A DNA stretch of 64,000 nt from an uncultured Candidatus Binatia bacterium (GCA_965218425.1 OZ244621.1:2432001-2496000), one strand, 5' to 3'. Shown: positions 1-9,634, counted from the first letter of the stretch. Program-made: numbers and translations. Notes: generated by a model from the sequence alone, not told the origin.

Positions 1-1
1 A

Positions 2-496
2 TACGCAGCTGCCATCATTGAAGCCCTGAAGGGGCTGGAGGTGACCCTGATCCTAGAGCCGGGGCGCGTAATTGTTGGGAACGCCGGGATCCTGGTGACG
101 GAGGTTCTCTATTTAAAGGAGACCCAGGAGAAAAAATTTGTAGTGGTGGATGGGGCCATGAACGACTTGATTCGTCCCGCGCTATACGGTTCACATCAAG
201 GGATTAGCCCGGTGAAGACGCTGACGGCAGAAAAGATCGTAGCCGATGTGGTGGGACCCATCTGCGAAAGCGGAGATTTCTTTGCACAGGATCGCGAGAT
301 CCAAAAACCCCAGCCGGGGGATCTATTGGCGGTGATGGGGGCTGGGGCCTACGGATTTACCATGGCCTCCAATTACAATTCGAGACCGAGGGTGGCGGAA
401 GTCCTGGTGGATGAAAAACGCTTCCATGTCATTCGCGAGCGGGAGACGCTGGAAGATCTTATCAGCAGGGAGATTATCCCCCCTGTCCTGGAGTGA
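2..496 (+). CDS. lysA: Diaminopimelate decarboxylase, C-terminal part (runs off the window start)
   Basis: EPGR, GPICESGD and GAYG...SNYN motifs; frame open from base 2; followed by dapF-dapA-dapB. Confidence 0.95.
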   Translation, partial: YAAAIIEALKGLEVTLILEPGRVIVGNAGILVTEVLYLKETQEKKFVVVDGAMNDLIRPALYGSHQGISPVKTLTAEKIVADVVGPICESGDFFAQDREIQKPQPGDLLAVMGAGAYGFTMASNYNSRPRVAEVLVDEKRFHVIRERETLEDLISREIIPPVLE

Positions 497-570
497 CCGG
501 CCCCTTCAGACCGGTGAGTTCGCCCGACGTTAGACACTGATGTGGGTGCTCGGCTAGAACGGATAACACA

Positions 571-1392
571 ATGGCCCAAATTCCATTTACCAAGATGCAC
601 GGCTGTGGCAATGACTTTGTCGTTATCGATTGTATGGCGGGGGAACAGGCAGGTATGGAGGAGTTGGCCAAATGGCTCTGCCATCGCCGATTCGGCGTAG
701 GTGCGGATCAACTACTCACCGTTGCTCCTTCCAAGGTGGCGGACTTCAAAATGGAGATTTACAATGCTGACGGCGGGCAAGTGGAAATGTGTGGGAACGG
801 GATCCGCTGCTTTGCGCGTTATGTTTACACCCGCGGGTTGACCCAGAAAAAGGAGCTGGAAGTAGAGACCCTCGCCGGTATTATTCGGCCCCGCATTGAA
901 GGAGATTGGGTGCAGGTGGATATGGGAGAACCCATCCTGGAAGGCAGGAAAATCCCGGTAAATGCAGACGGGCCGATCATAAATTGTCCATTGGAAGTGG
1001 AGGGCCAGAAGTATTCCGTCTGTTGTATCTCCATGGGAAATCCTCACTGCGTCCTCTATGTGGATGACCCGGAGGAGCTGGACCTGGAACGGCTCGGACC
1101 AAAATTTGAGAACCACACTTTTTTCCCCAACCGGATCAATACTGAATTCGTAAAGGTCCTTGGCCCTGGTGAGGTCAGGATGCGGGTTTGGGAACGGGGG
1201 GCTGGTGAGACCTGGGCCTGCGGTACGGGGGCCTGTGCTGTGGGCGTCGTGGGAGCACTCACGGGGAAGACGGAAAGGAAACTCAAGGTTCATCTCTTGG
1301 GGGGAGATTTGGTCATTGAGTGGCGCGGCGATAACCGGGTTTACATGACAGGACCCGTCGAGGAAGTGTTTCGGGGAGTAGCGGAACAATAG
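571..1392 (+). CDS. dapF: Diaminopimelate epimerase
   Basis: FTKMHGCGNDF, MCGNGIRC, GNPH and ERGAGETWACGTG motifs. Confidence 0.97.
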   Translation: MAQIPFTKMHGCGNDFVVIDCMAGEQAGMEELAKWLCHRRFGVGADQLLTVAPSKVADFKMEIYNADGGQVEMCGNGIRCFARYVYTRGLTQKKELEVETLAGIIRPRIEGDWVQVDMGEPILEGRKIPVNADGPIINCPLEVEGQKYSVCCISMGNPHCVLYVDDPEELDLERLGPKFENHTFFPNRINTEFVKVLGPGEVRMRVWERGAGETWACGTGACAVGVVGALTGKTERKLKVHLLGGDLVIEWRGDNRVYMTGPVEEVFRGVAEQ

Positions 1393-1405
1393 TCAGGAGG
1401 CCAAA

Positions 1406-2293
1406 ATGAACTTTTCCGGATGCATGGTGGCGTTGGTCACCCCCTTCAAAGACAACAAGGTGGATTGGGAAAGTGTCGAAGCGTTGGTGGAATTCCACAT
1501 TGAAAACGGTATCCACGGAATCGTTCCCTGCGGTACCACTGGAGAATCGGCGACCCTCACGCACAAAGAACACAACGAAGTCGTGGAGGCGGTGGTCAAA
1601 TTCGTTAAGAAACGAGTCGGGGTGATAGCCGGTACGGGTTCCAACTCAACCCAGGAGGCCATCGAGTTCACCCGCAGCGCAGAGAAGGCAGGAGCAGATG
1701 GCGCTTTGATGATTTCCCCCTACTACAACCGGCCCACCCAGGAGGGTATTTATCAGCACTATAAAATGGTAGCCTCTGAAGTGCATATTCCCCTTATCAT
1801 TTACAATATCCCCTCCCGAACGGGCTCCAAGATCGAGCCGGAAACCCTGGCACGCCTGGCTGAAGTGAAAAATATTGCGGGGGTGAAAGAGGCCACTGGA
1901 TCCGTCGATCAGGCCATCGAGGTGCTTCGGCTTTGTGGTGATGGGTTGGAAGTCTATTCCGGGGAGGACTCACTCACCTTTTCGCTCATGGCATTGGGAG
2001 GGAAGGGGGTCATTTCCACAGTTGCCAATGTCGCCCCTAGAGAGATGTCTCAGTTGACCCGGGCTTGTTTCGAAGGGGATTGGGAAAAGGGACGGAACAT
2101 TCAATTCCAACTAGTACCCCTGATTCGGAGTCTCTTTATCGAAACAAATCCCATTCCAGTTAAGACCGCGCTGGCTTTGATGGGTCAGTGTCGCGGGGAT
2201 CTGCGTTTGCCCATGACCCCAATGGCGGAGCAAAACGTAAAGAAGTTACAAAAAGCCATGTCTGATTTTGGTCTGATCTCAGGTGGAAGTTAG
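1406..2293 (+). CDS. dapA: 4-hydroxy-tetrahydrodipicolinate synthase
   Basis: GTTGES, PYYN, YNIPSRTG, GVKEA, NPIPVK; AGGAGG RBS. Confidence 0.97.
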   Translation: MNFSGCMVALVTPFKDNKVDWESVEALVEFHIENGIHGIVPCGTTGESATLTHKEHNEVVEAVVKFVKKRVGVIAGTGSNSTQEAIEFTRSAEKAGADGALMISPYYNRPTQEGIYQHYKMVASEVHIPLIIYNIPSRTGSKIEPETLARLAEVKNIAGVKEATGSVDQAIEVLRLCGDGLEVYSGEDSLTFSLMALGGKGVISTVANVAPREMSQLTRACFEGDWEKGRNIQFQLVPLIRSLFIETNPIPVKTALALMGQCRGDLRLPMTPMAEQNVKKLQKAMSDFGLISGGS

Positions 2294-3102
2294 TGGATTT
2301 AGTAATTTGTGGAATAGCGGGCCGAATGGGAGGGGCAATAGCCCGTGTGGCTCGGCAAACCCGTGGCGTAAAACTGGTGGGGGCTGTGGACCGACCCAGA
2401 AGCGCCAGGTTGGGCAAGGATGTGGGAGAGGTGGTGGGATTAAACCGGTTGGGGGTGCCCGTTAGCGATAAGATCGGGCCACTGTTAAAGGGAAACGTGG
2501 CGATTATTGATTTTACCCGGCCCGCCGCTTCACTGGGTTACCTACGGGACGCTGCGAGGAGTGGAACTCCCATTGTTGTCGGCACCACGGGATTCACGGC
2601 ACGGGAGTGGAATGAAATCAAGAGGCTGAGCCCGCGCACTCGGATGTTGGTAGCCCCCAATATGAGCGTCGGGGTGAATCTGCTGTTGGGACTACTTGGC
2701 AGGGTGGCGAGGTCCCTGGGCGAGGGGTATGACGTAGAGATTATCGAAATGCATCATCGCTTCAAAAAAGACGCCCCTAGCGGAACGGCCCTCGCCCTTG
2801 CGCGTGCCATCGCTGGAGAGTGGCAAAGGGACATAGACAAGGTAGGAGTCTTTGGTCGCAGGGGTATTGTGGGCGAGCGCAAGAAGAAAGAAATGGGTCT
2901 CCTGGCCGTTCGGGCCGGAGATACCGTCGGCGAACACAGCGTGATTTTTGGCGGTTTGGGGGAACGGATCGAGTTCGTTCACCGTGCCCATAGCCGAGAG
3001 ACCTTTGCCCGAGGAGCCCTTCGGGCCGCCCGGTGGCTGGTGCGACAAAAAAATGGACTTTATAGCATGCAGGATGTACTCAGATTGCGGAAATCGGGTT
3101 GA
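2293..3102 (+). CDS. dapB: 4-hydroxy-tetrahydrodipicolinate reductase
   Basis: GIAGRMG, GTTG, EMHHRFKKDAPSGTA; 1-nt overlap with the dapA stop. Confidence 0.96.
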   Translation: MDLVICGIAGRMGGAIARVARQTRGVKLVGAVDRPRSARLGKDVGEVVGLNRLGVPVSDKIGPLLKGNVAIIDFTRPAASLGYLRDAARSGTPIVVGTTGFTAREWNEIKRLSPRTRMLVAPNMSVGVNLLLGLLGRVARSLGEGYDVEIIEMHHRFKKDAPSGTALALARAIAGEWQRDIDKVGVFGRRGIVGERKKKEMGLLAVRAGDTVGEHSVIFGGLGERIEFVHRAHSRETFARGALRAARWLVRQKNGLYSMQDVLRLRKSG

Positions 3103-3142
3103 CAAAATAAATTTTCTATACTAATGAGTTGGCCTATTCTAA

Positions 3143-3490
3143 GTGGTTTCAAACTCTCCCAATTCAGGTCAGCAGACCCCGGAAGAAGAAGTTGAGAAGT
3201 TAGCTCAGGGTATCGGCCGTCTTATCCGGGAAGTAAACCCCGAACGACGGGAAGGTCTCAAAGAGCTGGCCTATACTCTTATCCGCGAGGAAATGAACCA
3301 GGGCGCAGTGGGGGAGGGGATGACAGAAGGATCGTCTGCAGGTCCTTTTAATCCGTTGGGGGCAGGGGTCCTGATACTGGTCTTGGGTGCGGGTCTATCT
3401 TTTATTTTCGGACCCGTAGGATTGGTTCTCATGCTGGGTGGTTTGATCTTTATCTTGTGGGGAGCGATGATCAGCTGGGTTAAGGGATAG
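3143..3490 (+). CDS. Hypothetical membrane protein with two C-terminal TM helices, first gene before the Rieske/cyt b genes
   Basis: Hydrophobic C-terminal hairpin; ends 9 nt before the Rieske start. Start codon uncertain. Confidence 0.6.
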   Translation: MVSNSPNSGQQTPEEEVEKLAQGIGRLIREVNPERREGLKELAYTLIREEMNQGAVGEGMTEGSSAGPFNPLGAGVLILVLGAGLSFIFGPVGLVLMLGGLIFILWGAMISWVKG

Positions 3491-3499
3491 GAAGAAACT

Positions 3500-4018
3500 A
3501 TGGCAGCAGCAGACCCAAAAAAGCGTGGCATCTGGAGTCGGCGAGACTTTTTCACGCGGTTTGGATGGGGGGGATTCGGGGCCTTTACCGGGTTGACCTT
3601 GTTTGGCTTTATCCGCTCCGCCTTCCCTCGGATTCTTTTTAAGCCACCGTCGACCTTCAAGGCTGGTGTGCCATCGGATTATACCATTGGCGAGGTAAGC
3701 GAGAAGTTTAAGAAGGATTTCCGTGTTTGGATTGTTCGGGAGGAAACGGGAATCTATGCGATTTTCGCCAAGTGTACCCATCTTGGCTGTACCCCTCGGT
3801 GGCTTGCTGCTGAGAATAAATTCAAGTGCCCATGCCACGGTAGCGGCTTTTTCAAAAGTGGATTGAACTTCGAGGGACCGGCCCCTCGCCCGCTTGATCG
3901 CTTCGAGGTGAAGCTTTCGGATGACGGTCGGCTGGTTGTGGATAAGGGTCGTACGTTGAAGATGGCCCCCGGAGTGGAGCCCGATGAGCAACATCCAGAG
4001 AGTATCTTGAAGGTATAA
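3500..4018 (+). CDS. petC: Rieske [2Fe-2S] subunit of a Rieske/cytochrome b complex
   Basis: Tat motif SRRDFF plus TM helix; CTHLGC and CPCHGS boxes; GPAPRPL. Confidence 0.93.
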   Translation: MAAADPKKRGIWSRRDFFTRFGWGGFGAFTGLTLFGFIRSAFPRILFKPPSTFKAGVPSDYTIGEVSEKFKKDFRVWIVREETGIYAIFAKCTHLGCTPRWLAAENKFKCPCHGSGFFKSGLNFEGPAPRPLDRFEVKLSDDGRLVVDKGRTLKMAPGVEPDEQHPESILKV

Positions 4019-4025
4019 TTGAGAC

Positions 4026-4796
4026 ATGAAAAAGTTCGATGACCTAAGAAAGGAGATCGTTGAGAGCCAGGTCTGGAGGGCCATTTTCCGCCACGGTTAC
4101 GAGGATTCGCCGAGGAACCGTGTGATGATGGTCACCGGCAACGTATGGCTCCATCTCCATCCAGCCAAGGTTCGCCGGCATTCTGTCAGGATGCGATTTA
4201 CCTGGTGCATGGGAGGCCTCACGTTTTTCATGTTCCTTATCACAGTGGTAACGGGCATCTACCTGATGTTCTATTACCGGCCTGTGGCCGAGTACGCCTA
4301 CGCCGACATGAAGTATCTGGAGTTCGATATGCCTTTCGGCATGCTGATGCGGAACATGCACCGATGGGCGGCCCATGCCATGGTTATTTTCGTGTGGCTC
4401 CATATGTTCCGCGTTTTCCTTACCGGTTCCTACAAGCCGCCTCGCGAGTTCAACTGGATTGTGGGAGTCCTCCTGCTGGTTTTAACGCTCCTGCTGAGCT
4501 TCACAGGTTATCTGTTGCCATGGGATCAGCTTTCTATCTGGGCGGTGACTGTGGGTTCCAATATGGCACGGGCTGCACCGTTGCTCGGTCACGAGGGGCC
4601 TTTTGCAGAGTTGGTGGGAGCCAATCCAGTTTATGACGCCCGAGCGTTTCTGTTCGGGGGTGGAGAAATCGGGCCACATACCTTGCTCCGGTTTTATATC
4701 CTCCACTGCATTTTTATCCCCTTGGTTGCCAGTCTGCTCATGGCGGTTCATTTTTGGCGTATTCGAAGGGATGGTTTTTCTGGGCCACCGCTGTAA
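4026..4796 (+). CDS. petB: Cytochrome b6-type subunit (N-terminal half of a split cytochrome b)
   Basis: WCMGG (heme ci-type Cys), MHRWAAH, LHMFRVF, FTGYLLPW, LRFYILH. Confidence 0.93.
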   Translation: MKKFDDLRKEIVESQVWRAIFRHGYEDSPRNRVMMVTGNVWLHLHPAKVRRHSVRMRFTWCMGGLTFFMFLITVVTGIYLMFYYRPVAEYAYADMKYLEFDMPFGMLMRNMHRWAAHAMVIFVWLHMFRVFLTGSYKPPREFNWIVGVLLLVLTLLLSFTGYLLPWDQLSIWAVTVGSNMARAAPLLGHEGPFAELVGANPVYDARAFLFGGGEIGPHTLLRFYILHCIFIPLVASLLMAVHFWRIRRDGFSGPPL

Positions 4797-4818
4797 CGTG
4801 CTTCCAAGGTAATGGGTC

Positions 4819-5592
4819 ATGGCTGAAGAAACTCAAACTCAGAGACGGACCCCTATCGTTGACGATAAAATTCATACCTGGCCCCATCTGGTGCGGGGAG
4901 AATTTCTTGTCACGCTCATTGTCACTGTAATAATGATCATCTGGTCCGTGGGGATCGATGCACCATTGGAAGAGCCAGCCAATCCCGCCCTGACGCCGAA
5001 CCCTTCCAAGGCCCCCTGGTATTTTCTGGGCTTGCAAGAGATGTTGGTCTATTTCGATCCCTGGCATGCCGGGGTGGTTTTGCCTACCCTCATTATCGTG
5101 GGACTCGTCATGATTCCGTTTATCGATATTAATCCCAGGGGAAACGGTTATTACACCTTCAAAGAGAGAAAATACGAAATCCTGACCTTCTACTTTGGCT
5201 TCCACATCCTCTGGGTTAGCATGATTATCATCGGCACATTTTTTCGCGGCCCGGGCTGGAACCTTTTCTGGCCTTGGGACGCATGGGATCCCCACAAGGT
5301 GGAGGCCTTAACCAACGTAGATCTCCCATACCTGCTTGGTTTAAGGGATTACTGGGTGCAGGCCGGTGTGGGCGCAATCTTAGTAGGAGCATATTTCGTC
5401 GTGGCAACATTGGCCTTCTACCTCTGGGTGCTTGCGGTCAAGGGAAAAGAGTTTATGCGCAGATGGGGGCCCGTGCGATTTACCATTACCGCGGTTTTGG
5501 TTGTCATCATGATGGGTCTTCCCGTTAAAATGTTTCTACGTCTTGCCTTCAACGTGAAGTACATATTAGTGACCCCCTGGTTTAATATCTGA
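4819..5592 (+). CDS. petD: Cytochrome b subunit IV-like protein with extra C-terminal TM helices
   Basis: PANP..TPNPSKAPWYF (PEWY equivalent), IPFID; position after petB. Confidence 0.88.
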   Translation: MAEETQTQRRTPIVDDKIHTWPHLVRGEFLVTLIVTVIMIIWSVGIDAPLEEPANPALTPNPSKAPWYFLGLQEMLVYFDPWHAGVVLPTLIIVGLVMIPFIDINPRGNGYYTFKERKYEILTFYFGFHILWVSMIIIGTFFRGPGWNLFWPWDAWDPHKVEALTNVDLPYLLGLRDYWVQAGVGAILVGAYFVVATLAFYLWVLAVKGKEFMRRWGPVRFTITAVLVVIMMGLPVKMFLRLAFNVKYILVTPWFNI

Positions 5593-5759
5593 TGTTTTAC
5601 GTGGCAAAGATTCTACAGGCCATTGGATTGGCGGACGTGGGGTATGCCCTATTTGTGGGTGTCACTCAGAATACCTCCATGGCTGAGGAAATCGTTCTGA
5701 CCTTGATCGGGGTGGGGCTCTTCTCCATGGGGAGGACCTTGGAGCGCAGGGCGGCTTGA
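5592..5759 (+). CDS. 55-aa two-TM membrane protein, not in the ORF track
   Basis: ATG overlaps the petD stop (TGATG); MFYVAKILQAIGLADVGYALFVGVTQNTSMAEEIVLTLIGVGLFSMGRTLERRAA; fills the gap to the cytochrome c gene. Confidence 0.75.
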   Translation: MFYVAKILQAIGLADVGYALFVGVTQNTSMAEEIVLTLIGVGLFSMGRTLERRAA

Positions 5760-5768
5760 GGAAGGTAG

Positions 5769-8438
5769 ATGGCTGTCAGGGGTTTTGATCCAAAAGAGGA
5801 AGGCAAGTCATACGGCGCCATTTTTTTCTTCAGCGTGTGCGCCCTCGTAGTGGTTAGCCTGTGGGCGGTGTTTGACGACAACTTCACGCGGCGCCCCTGG
5901 AAAAAGTATCAGGCCGAGTTTAATAACCGGGATTATGACGGGGCCAGAGCAGCTTATGAAGCGGAGGATAAGAAGCTTGCAGGCAACGCCAACTACGTCG
6001 AGCTGGTAAAACAACTAGATGGCGCAAAGGCCAGTTTGAGTGAAGGCAAACTTGGTAACAAGCTCCGGCAACTACGCAGCGAGGAGACAGAGAGGGATGT
6101 CCGTTTCTTCGAGCTGGACCAGGACGTTAAGTTTATTAAGAGCGAGTTGGAAGAGGCCTGGTACGAGTACGATCATGCGGTGCAACTGGGAAAAAACATT
6201 AGGCCCTATCAGGCTCGGATTGAGGAGTTGGACCGGGAACAAGCAAAGTTAGAACCTGGCCTGGGGGAAGCGAGAAAAAAGCGGAAAGAAATCAAAGCAG
6301 AAATCAAAAAACTCCAAGCGGGTATCAAGGAGTTAGAGGACCGTCTCTCCGAGCTCACCGCAGATCGAGATCGATGGCTCCGGGTGATGCAGAATTCCAC
6401 CGTGAGCCTAGGACCCATCACTCTATCTAAAATCCCGAATATTAAGCAGACCATCCTGCCCGAATTCGACCGCAATAACTTTGATGAGCCCACCGCCCGG
6501 GTGGATCGATGTCAGAGCTGCCATAGCGGCATCAATCGGGCCGGCTTTGAAAACGAGCCTAACCCTTATAAGACTCATCCCCAGCGCAAGGTCCTGCTGG
6601 CGGACAATGCCCATCCGCCGGAACAATTTGGCTGCACACCATGTCATGATGGCCAGGGTGCGGCAGTGAACAGCGTGGAGCAGGCCCATTACGGCAAAAG
6701 CTATGGTGTCCTTGGAAAAAGATTTTGGCCACATCCGCTTTTAAAAGGAGAAAGAGTGCAAGCCAGTTGTGCCTCCTGCCACCTGGATGTGCAGAGTCTC
6801 GAAGATGCGCCACTCCTGGCGAAAGGTCAGAGACTCTTCGAGCAAGTGGGATGCACCGGTTGCCATTTGGTGGAGGGCTACGGGAACATACCCAAGATCG
6901 GTCCCAGCCTAAGACGGGTGGCGGGAAAGGTGGATCCCGGCTGGTTGGTGCGCTGGATTCGCAATCCGCATGAATTCAGGCCTCGGAGCCGGATGCCGAA
7001 CTTCGGCTTTGAAGAAGGCCATGCTACGGACATCGCCTCCTATATTTGGTCCGCATCAAAGCAAGAGGGTGAAAAATGGCTGAAGGCGCGTCCTCTTCCA
7101 CAATTCTATCAAGTGGGCAACCCGAACCTCATCAGCCGCGGCAAGGAACTCGTAAATTCCATCGGCTGCAAGGGTTGTCATGGTTTTGCAGAGGGTGAAT
7201 CCTCCACGGTGTTGGGCGCCAACAAAGACATCGCACCCAATCTCAAAGACATTGCCGCCAAGGTGGGTCCACAGTGGACTTATCACTGGTTAAAAAATCC
7301 GCGGGGATATAACCCTGACACGCGTATGCCAAGCCTGCGTCTGTCGGACGAGGAGGCCCAGGCCATCACCGCTTATCTGATGACATTGGGAAGCAAGGGG
7401 CGAACAATCGCCAATATTAAAAATCGCCTAACAGACCCCAAGGGCGTGAAGCGAGGGGAGTCGTTGGTTCGAAAGTACGGGTGCGCCGGTTGCCATGATA
7501 TCCCGGGTATGGAGAAGGAATCTAGAATCGGGGTCGAACTCACCACTTTCGGCTCCAAAGTCCTGGAGGAGCTTTTCTTTGGCAATAGGAAAGACATCCC
7601 TCATACCTGGGATGACTGGACCTACAACAAGCTCAAATCACCCCGAGTATACGCCACTCCAAGGGTAGAGCAGCTCATGCCTCAGTTCAATTTCTCCGAT
7701 GAAGATATCAAAGCATTAAGAATACTGTTAGCTGGATTCCGAGAGAGCAAGGTTCCATCCATCTATAAAGCGGACCATAGTGACAGGGTGGTGAACGTGG
7801 TGGAAGGTCGCAGACTTATGCACCGGTACAACTGCATTGGCTGCCATACCATCGAAAACAAGGGCGGCTTTGTGCGCAAATACTACCCGCAAGACCAGCT
7901 GACTTTGGCGCCTCCTGTGCTCAACGGGGAAGGGGATAAAGTGCAGCCCAACTGGCTTTTTGGCTTCTTGAAGAAACCTGTGTCGCTGCGTCCGTGGCTT
8001 AAGATTCGCATGCCCACCTTTGGGTTGACGAATGAAGAGGCCAATCTGTTGGTGTCGTATTTCACCGGACTGTCCAAAGTAAAGATCCCCTATGTCTATT
8101 TTAATAAAGACAAGATTCCTCCGGGTTACCTCAAAGCAGCCCAAACCATGTTCACCAATGACTACTTCGCTTGTCTGAGTTGCCACCAACAGGGGGATCA
8201 AAAGCCCGAAGGACCCCCCGAGGGTTGGGCCCCTGACCTCACCCTCGCCAAGGACCGTTTGAATCCCCACTGGATTGTGAAATGGCTCCAGGATCCGCAA
8301 AAAGTCGAGCCCGGTACAAAGATGCCCTCCTTCTATCCCGAGGGGCCCGATGATATCCTCGGGGGCAAGGATGACAAACAGATCGAGGCCTTGAGGGACT
8401 ATATCATGGTGTTGGGCAAGACCGGCTCTCCGCAGTGA
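5769..8438 (+). CDS. Membrane-anchored multiheme cytochrome c (8 CxxCH) with a long coiled coil
   Basis: N-terminal TM helix, charged heptad region, then CQSCH, CTPCH, CASCH, CTGCH, CKGCH, CAGCH, CIGCH, CLSCH. Confidence 0.93.
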   Translation: MAVRGFDPKEEGKSYGAIFFFSVCALVVVSLWAVFDDNFTRRPWKKYQAEFNNRDYDGARAAYEAEDKKLAGNANYVELVKQLDGAKASLSEGKLGNKLRQLRSEETERDVRFFELDQDVKFIKSELEEAWYEYDHAVQLGKNIRPYQARIEELDREQAKLEPGLGEARKKRKEIKAEIKKLQAGIKELEDRLSELTADRDRWLRVMQNSTVSLGPITLSKIPNIKQTILPEFDRNNFDEPTARVDRCQSCHSGINRAGFENEPNPYKTHPQRKVLLADNAHPPEQFGCTPCHDGQGAAVNSVEQAHYGKSYGVLGKRFWPHPLLKGERVQASCASCHLDVQSLEDAPLLAKGQRLFEQVGCTGCHLVEGYGNIPKIGPSLRRVAGKVDPGWLVRWIRNPHEFRPRSRMPNFGFEEGHATDIASYIWSASKQEGEKWLKARPLPQFYQVGNPNLISRGKELVNSIGCKGCHGFAEGESSTVLGANKDIAPNLKDIAAKVGPQWTYHWLKNPRGYNPDTRMPSLRLSDEEAQAITAYLMTLGSKGRTIANIKNRLTDPKGVKRGESLVRKYGCAGCHDIPGMEKESRIGVELTTFGSKVLEELFFGNRKDIPHTWDDWTYNKLKSPRVYATPRVEQLMPQFNFSDEDIKALRILLAGFRESKVPSIYKADHSDRVVNVVEGRRLMHRYNCIGCHTIENKGGFVRKYYPQDQLTLAPPVLNGEGDKVQPNWLFGFLKKPVSLRPWLKIRMPTFGLTNEEANLLVSYFTGLSKVKIPYVYFNKDKIPPGYLKAAQTMFTNDYFACLSCHQQGDQKPEGPPEGWAPDLTLAKDRLNPHWIVKWLQDPQKVEPGTKMPSFYPEGPDDILGGKDDKQIEALRDYIMVLGKTGSPQ

Positions 8439-8511
8439 TAGAGTCCATTGGAAGGCCTTGATTGATCGGGCGGTGCCATTGAATTTAAGAATAAGTTTCA
8501 AGGAGGCTGGG

Positions 8512-9219
8512 ATGCTAAAAGCATATGTGTTTTTGTTGGCTGCATGGGTTTTATTTCCCGTGGCAACTCTCTTCGCCTACGAAGGTGGAGCGGTAAGCAA
8601 TGGTGGAACGATTTCAGGGGTGGTTAATTTCAAGGGCACGGCCCCTAAACCGAAAAAACTGAAGATTACCAGGGACAAAAAGGTTTGCGACAAGACTCCC
8701 AAATCCGCCAAGTCGCTGATCGTCTCTGGGGGTAAAGTGGTTAATGCCGTGGTGAGCATCACAAATATTACCAAGGGCAAAGAGATGAAGGCCATGAAGG
8801 TGACCCTTGACCAGAACGGGTGTGAGTATAAGCCCCATGTCCTTGCCTTTACCGCAGGATCTACGGTGGAGATTTTGAACCCCGATAAGATCCTCCACAA
8901 CATTCACACCTACAGTAAGATCAATAAACCCTTTAACCGGGCCCAGCCCAAGTTTAAGAAAAAGCTCACCGTAAAGTTAAGTAAGCCTGAGGCTGTTTCG
9001 GTCAAGTGCGACGTTCATGGCTGGATGAGCGGTTGGTTTTTCGTCGCAGCAAATCCTTATTTCAGCGTGACCAAGGATGATGGAGCGTTCAAATTGACCG
9101 ATGTTCCACCCGGCACTTACAACGTGGAGGTCTGGCACGAGACTCTCGGCAAGAAGAGCCAAAAGGTTACAGTTAAAGCCAAACAAGACGCGAAGGTTAA
9201 CTTCGAACTAGCAAAATAA
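8512..9219 (+). CDS. Exported carboxypeptidase-regulatory-like/cupredoxin-like protein
   Basis: AGGAGG RBS before ATG 8512; signal peptide; HNIH...CDVHGWM; C-terminal GxFxLxDVPPGTY. Confidence 0.8.
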   Translation: MLKAYVFLLAAWVLFPVATLFAYEGGAVSNGGTISGVVNFKGTAPKPKKLKITRDKKVCDKTPKSAKSLIVSGGKVVNAVVSITNITKGKEMKAMKVTLDQNGCEYKPHVLAFTAGSTVEILNPDKILHNIHTYSKINKPFNRAQPKFKKKLTVKLSKPEAVSVKCDVHGWMSGWFFVAANPYFSVTKDDGAFKLTDVPPGTYNVEVWHETLGKKSQKVTVKAKQDAKVNFELAK

Positions 9220-9232
9220 TCGTTTGCCCGTG

Positions 9233-9274
9233 GCGAGGGTCGTACCTGCGATCCTCGCATTCCTCTCCTTTTTT
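9233..9274 (+). terminator. Probable intrinsic terminator of the cytochrome operon
   Basis: Inverted repeat GCGAGGGTCGTA/TGCGATCCTCGC followed by a pyrimidine/T tract. Confidence 0.5.
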
Positions 9275-9462
9275 CCTGCCTGACACTTTCCCATGGAGTC
9301 AAAGGTGTTTGTGAACCCCATTAAATACCTCGGAACCCCAATTGTGCCAGCTAACCAAAGTGTCTGTGAGTCTTCTGGGCTCGGACCGAGATAAAACTCA
9401 TGGTACTCCTTTCGCCGGGGATGTCCCCACAATTGAATTTACTCCCATTCATTAGGGTTTCC

Positions 9463-9490
9463 TTGACAGCCTTTCCTTCTGTGATATTGG
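9463..9490 (+). promoter_or_regulatory. Candidate sigma70 promoter of the catabolic cluster
   Basis: TTGACA at 9463, then TG-n-TATTGG with 16-nt spacing. Confidence 0.3.
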
Positions 9491-9634
9491 TGCATTTGTG
9501 ACAACCAAAAGGTTCATGGTAGCCAATCAATCACCCATTGGTGTCCAGAAGGTTTTAAGTGATGGAAGGTCGAGCGATTATCTCCGATCCATATAGAGGA
9601 TGCAGAAGATAACACACTAGCATTAGGAGGTGCC

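Noticed and set aside
3099..3125. Sigma70 promoter TTGACA...TATACT for the cytochrome operon
   Set aside because: Spacing is only 12 nt, so it is not called as a feature.
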